The position numbers and the translations under genes are program-made. Positions 58,450-64,000 of a stretch of DNA of 64,000 nucleotides are shown piece after piece. Origin of the DNA: Setoptus koraiensis (taxonomy: Eukaryota; Animalia; Arthropoda). A model generated the notes under the pieces. That model did not search any database and was not told where the DNA came from. It saw only the letters and a program-made list of their open reading frames with translations. The stretch covers positions 17,050,001-17,114,000 of the forward strand of contig CM106585.1 in the NCBI GenBank assembly GCA_048013815.1, written 5' to 3'. Positions within the stretch are counted from its first letter, which is position 1, and every line of letters starts with the position of its first letter.

Positions 58450-58488
<39 letters not shown>
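58450..58488. repeat. (CA)n microsatellite
   Basis: Perfect run. Confidence 0.96.
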
Positions 58489-58493
<5 letters not shown>

Positions 58494-61400
58494 AATGGCA
58501 TTGTGATGATGCCTGCCGGTAGCCAGCGCACGCTAGATTGTATTATTTGATAGATATCAATTATTGGAGTTGCATCGTTACTACTGCTATTAATATTATC
58601 GTTACAATCATTGTCACATGGACATTTAAATGGCTTTATTAGTGCACGCTAGTCACGCCAGAGTGAATCAGGTCCCGATCGGCAGGCCGAAACAATCAAT
58701 TTGAACTAACTAAACCGAAGAGCCCACCAGTCAACAGCCGACAAGCGCCCGACAGACAAAGGGATCTCAAATGAATCCAAATCAACTGCTCTGGCCAGTC
58801 AGCCGAGCAAGTGTCAACTGTGTGTGTGTGTTGTTGCCCAAGTCGGCTCCAATGGTGGTGATGATAAATTACCTTAGTCTTGTTGCCTTGCATGTGTGCT
58901 ATCATGTTGCCCAACTGTTGCTTGCTGCCAACAGCCAGTAACAGTGTGTTCTGGTTCTCCATCTTTGCCTCTCATGGCCTGTGGCTCGGCGTGGTGCTAA
59001 TTAATTACTTAATTGAAGTCTGTCATCGTAATTGTACTATTTACAAACAAACAAACACTTATTTACGTATTAGTTTTGTGTGTGTGTGTGTGTGTGTGCG
59101 CTATGTATGCCTGTCAATTTAGCGGACATGACATCCATCAAATGTGGAGGAGAGTTATAAAGTTATCATGTTTGTTGTTTCCGTGTCTTGTTTGTCGTCG
59201 ACACTACCCACTACCGCTAACAATTGCCGCGCATTTCAGCAGACAACACCTACACCGCCGGTTAGCGCCAACAACTGAGTGTATGACATCCGTTGCCGGC
59301 TCTAAATTAATGGTCACTTGCTGCCGGCGCATCCAATGGACACACAAACGTATTGGACATACAAACACGAGATGGCTTGATAGACGCACACACTGAGATG
59401 CCTATGACTTTAACTGGACTCTTTTATTCTCATAATATCATCATTTATATTGCTGCTGGTATCATTGTTTTGCTTTTGTTGCAAGCCAGTGACCATCAAT
59501 ACGAGACTAGGCCCATGGCGTTGGCTAGTTAACAAGTGCCGCCGTTAACAACAGCAATCGAATCCCACAACAACACTACGTCTACCGGTACATCGCGCTA
59601 GCCATAGTGTCATATGGCCACAGTGGCATATGTGACACACACACACACACACTCAATTTACTTTAGCCAGGCCTGCCTGTTGCGACATTACTTGCATTGG
59701 TTGCTTGATTATGCGAGTCGGGAATTAAATTTATCACCATCATAAGCTCATCATCGCGTAGCTGTGTGCGCCATCTTGGGACAGTATGGGCATGACATTA
59801 TTGCATCATGTATGTTATGTAATCAAGGTGAGCGTCGCTGTTGTTGTCACGCTCACAATTATGACAACTATGACTAACTGGCACATTGACTTGTTGGTGT
59901 TGCTGTTGTTACATAATGTTAATGCCATTGTTGTCAGTGTGTGTGTATGTGCGTTGTTGTGTCATATCTGATGGAACAAAACAGCAACAACAGCGGCACC
60001 AACAACAACAGCAAACAGGGCCGTCACTACCAGTGTGTGTTGGTGTTCTATTACCGACAATGTTGTGCCATATGTCTTGCATATAGCAGGCTAACATGGA
60101 CTAGTGTAGATGTGTGTACAAATGGAGAGATTGTGGCTGCGATTTGACAGTAGCAACAATGTTTGGTTTGAAAACTCAAAAACGAACTCGGCTTGACGCT
60201 GGCTAATCGTGTGTCCTCTCGTTGTTGGTCGTGGTCATATGCAAATACGGCGCAAGATAGAGGCAAACATGTCAAATTCAGTGAGATATTCTCCTTGTTC
60301 CGTTGTATAGTCGTCGTTTGCATTGTCGTTGCATATTGTCAGCATATGTTTGTTTTATTATATTTTCGTCGCTCTCTGTGTCGTGTCTTGTCTATGTCCT
60401 GCATAATACAGTCTAAAGTCTACCATAATGTGCCATATCCCTTGCATTGTGGCGCCCAATAAAACCTCTCTGCCGGCGCCGTTGTTGTTGCTGTTGTCGC
60501 CGTTGTTGCCGCTGTCGTTGGCGTGTATGGCGCTGATGCTGCTGGCGCTGCTGTTGCAGCCACCGACTTACAATATTACATAAGCTTATTAACTGCCAAG
60601 GGAGCCATTAGACACAAGAGATGAGACATGGGCACACACTCACATACGCGCAAATAGTGAGGCATCAGACACAAGAGATAAGACATTAGACTAACGAAAT
60701 GTCATTCCACTAGCGCCGCCGCCGCTGCTGCCAGTTGATGCCGGCTGCCGGCTGGCTGCTAGCGACGAATCATGAATCATGATGATACTCATATATCCAA
60801 CTTATCCATTTCGCCTCCCGCCTATATGCAGCAATGGCTGGCACTAGCATTAGCAGTGGCGCTGGTGGTTGTTGTTGTTGATGGTGACAGCGAGAATATG
60901 AAACAAAACAACAATCATTCGACAGCGTGAGCAAACGAACAGAACGAAACGGAACGAAGCGAATGAACAAGCGAGCGGGAGGCGGACGGACGGACGGACG
61001 AGCGAGCGAGCGAGCAAAAGAACGCAACAACGAACGAAGCAAAGAACCGACAACGAACGAAGCAAAGACGAACGGCAAGCAACATGTACGATGACAGGCA
61101 ACGGCATGGTCTGACTGGCAGCAACAAATGCTCGATTCTTGGCTTGGCTTCGAACGTTCGCTGCGGCTGTTCGCTTCTTTCAAATTTGTTGCTTCTTGTT
61201 GGCTTGTTGTTTGCATGGGAGCGAGCGTTTCGTTGAAAATGTCACACACACACACACACACACACGGACCTGGCCACATTGGAATGACACTAGATGTGTC
61301 AGCTTCTAGTGACTATAGGCAACGGAACAGGCAACAAACGGCACCAGAGACACATGAAGCGAGCTGACAAAATGGCAAAGAGTGGCGACTTGCGAATACT

Positions 61401-62081
61401 CGCCGTTGTGGTGCAACCCAACGAGCGGCTCCAACAATGACAATTGTTTGTCTTGCGCCCCCGCGTACCTGAATGCGTCGGCGAATATATTATTGCGTGG
61501 CGACTTGTTGAAAGGTGCCTGCTGCATTCGATCACGATGCAACATGGCAACTGTGGCCCACAATTGTCAGACTGAACATCAAGAGCCTCGTGGCAAGTAC
61601 AAAAAGCATCTAGGGCGTCCAGTTGCTAATTGGCTCGTTGGCCAAAGCGGACAAGTGGCAACATGGGCCGTTTACACTGTTTGCGGCCAGTGCGTCGGCC
61701 ATTGTCTAGTTAGCGCGCCAATATATTTTGGCACTTTGAGCATGCGGCGGACATAGAGACATGGAGACTTGGAGTGAGTAAAAGTGAACAGTGAGCAGTG
61801 ACTCAAATGTCAATTAAACAACAAAAATTTAATGTGTCTCAACGGCAGCAATTATGTGACAAGTTGGCTCAGCCTAGGCCAGTGTCAGCATTTGTGAGGC
61901 TATTCGAGGCATGTGCCCATTGATTGCTGAGTTTATTGGGATTCACTTGATACTGTCGAGCCGACTGCCGATTGCCGACTGCCGACTGGTGCTGTGTCTG
62001 CAGATAGCATCATGTAGCCGCAACAGTGGCACCAGTGGTGCCGACACTAAACAGAGGACGCTCGTATCGGGATATGTGGGC

Positions 62082-62180
62082 ATATATGGGGATGTGCGGG
62101 GATATATGGGGATGTGCGGGGATATATGGGGATGTGCGGGGCTATATGGAGATGCGTGGGGATATGTGGGGATGTGCGGA
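62082..62180. repeat. G-rich 9-10-bp minisatellite (GGGATATGT/GGGGATGTGC)
   Basis: About 10 GGG-containing units on the + strand. Confidence 0.85.
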
Positions 62181-64000
62181 GTAGAGAGCGATAATTTACA
62201 ACTGTTGACTAATGATGTCAGCCGTTTCGGCCAAATCAATGGGCGCACTCAGCATGTGCCAGCATATGCCACCATTGATGGCAGCCTAATCGCATGGCGT
62301 CATCATGATCACATCCGCGTTTTGTCACTTGTTATGGGTCTTGCCATGTCTCCTTGGCGCGTTTGACAAGCTCAACAATGCTCACAATCTCTTTGCATCC
62401 CTGTGACTCGGCGTTTGTCTGGGCGCTTGTCTCGGCGCTTGTGCCAACGCTTGCATGTTCATATGAGTATGAGTTGTTAATTTGTGTTGGCCATATTGGC
62501 CATAATACAACCTAATGGCCACACAACTTAATATGACTCACAATCGTGCCAGCCAAGCCACTTGCCGAGCGCCACTCAATTAGTGCAAACACTGACAGCA
62601 CATGTTCACTATTCATCAACTGGCAATTAGTGACTGCATTGTGTCACATTGACCATCCAATAATCAATACAACCATTAATTGATATAATAATTGATCATT
62701 GTTTCAACGTGTGTTACGTAATGGGGACTATTGTATCAGTGATAAAGTTGGTTAGTTCACTAGTGTTTTATTAAGTGACACCAAGTGATTTTTGACTGTC
62801 ATACTTTGACTGTGTCTGGCAGAGGCGATGGTCACTCGCAAGTTGTGTGAGTCACAACAGCAGCAGCAACCACAGCACACTGTTCACTTGGCCACGTATC
62901 TATCATATATAATGATATGATTGTGCAAACACACACTCTTAGAAACAATTGCACAATTTGCATAATTACATCGACTTGCGCGCGATACAAGCGGCCAAGA
63001 AATGAGATGAGATGAGATCAAGTCGAGTGACATTGTTGCCAGCACAGTGGGGAGATGTCACTCAACCATGTGACTGAATCACTGACAGTGCACGACAGCG
63101 GAGCCTCTAATGGAGAGCATTGTTATGTATTATTATTAGTATTATTAGAGTTGTCTGTGGCCATTCAACTCTGCATGCATTACACTCTGTCATATGCATA
63201 AAAGCATATGCTTGTAATATGGTTATAATGCAAGATTATATTAAATATTATGTAAGATGATTGGGGCTAATTTCATTTTCATTGTGTCTCTGTTGTGTAG
63301 TTCTTGTACTGTTCATTGTACTGTAATATTGTGTATGATTGTGCGACAAGCATGACAAGACAACAGCCCAAGTTGCCAGCTCTTTTCGCATTGTCAAACG
63401 AGCCTTTTGCGATGCTGATCAAGCAGTAATCAAGTATTGTTGTATCATGACTCCACTTGCAGCACTGTTATATCATAAATGATGATAACAGATGAATATT
63501 TAGTTGTTGCTATATCAGCTGATTATACTCACTACGTGCACTATAATTGCTGCCTTTGACCCACCAATATCCTCGATTATGTTAGTTGTGTGTTAGTTGC
63601 GCGCACAATTTATTTAGTTACAATTAATTAAAAATTGCAATTACAATTAGTTGTCATTACAATTGGTTGTAATTGAAAACGCGATATGTGACATCATTTC
63701 AATCGCATCGTAACGGCCACTTGGCAATCGTTTGGCACACTCCCTGTCGATGTAATCGCCCTGTAAGCGAACTGTGTTTGAGCCCGTTATAATGCATAAT
63801 CATCAACACATATAATACAAATCATCAGTATAATCGATGGTTGTTCGCTGACAAAAAGCCACGCTGACAACAGAGCAGCAGCAATCATTCAATCATTGGC
63901 TCTCTACTAACACTAACACTAACAATGGCACATGCAACATGCTCGTACCAGCTCGTAGTAGCGATCATAATCAATGCATCTCTTTATGTAATTATAATTA

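Overview
Eukaryotic (animal, arthropod-like) nuclear DNA from a compact, intron-poor genome. A mite such as an eriophyoid is my tentative guess from gene architecture only. The first ~27 kb is a dense, AT-richer block: 5'-truncated GH38 lysosomal alpha-mannosidase, an orphan secreted protein, intronless Nup98-Nup96, RPA12, an SLC34 Na/Pi cotransporter, a MULE-transposase-derived zinc-finger/SWIM gene, a stand-alone Utp12-domain (UTP5/WDR43-like) ORF, a small LYSMD-like ORF, RPL4 (3 introns, one hosting a U18/SNORD18 box C/D snoRNA) and SLC25A38. From 29.6 to 51.8 kb lies one Hox gene, labial (minus strand, 3 exons, 977 aa). Its homeodomain is split inside the Trp48 codon by a 19,088-nt GC/CpG-rich intron full of distinct short tandem 'stutter' repeats. 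Directly upstream of labial are a disrupted YME1L/FtsH fragment, RNF7/RBX2 and a TGIF TALE homeobox gene, then ~8 kb of non-coding DNA. No other Hox gene is in the window. Most ORF-track entries at 27-49 kb and 56-64 kb are spurious. No database searches were run, so all homology calls come from recognised motifs.
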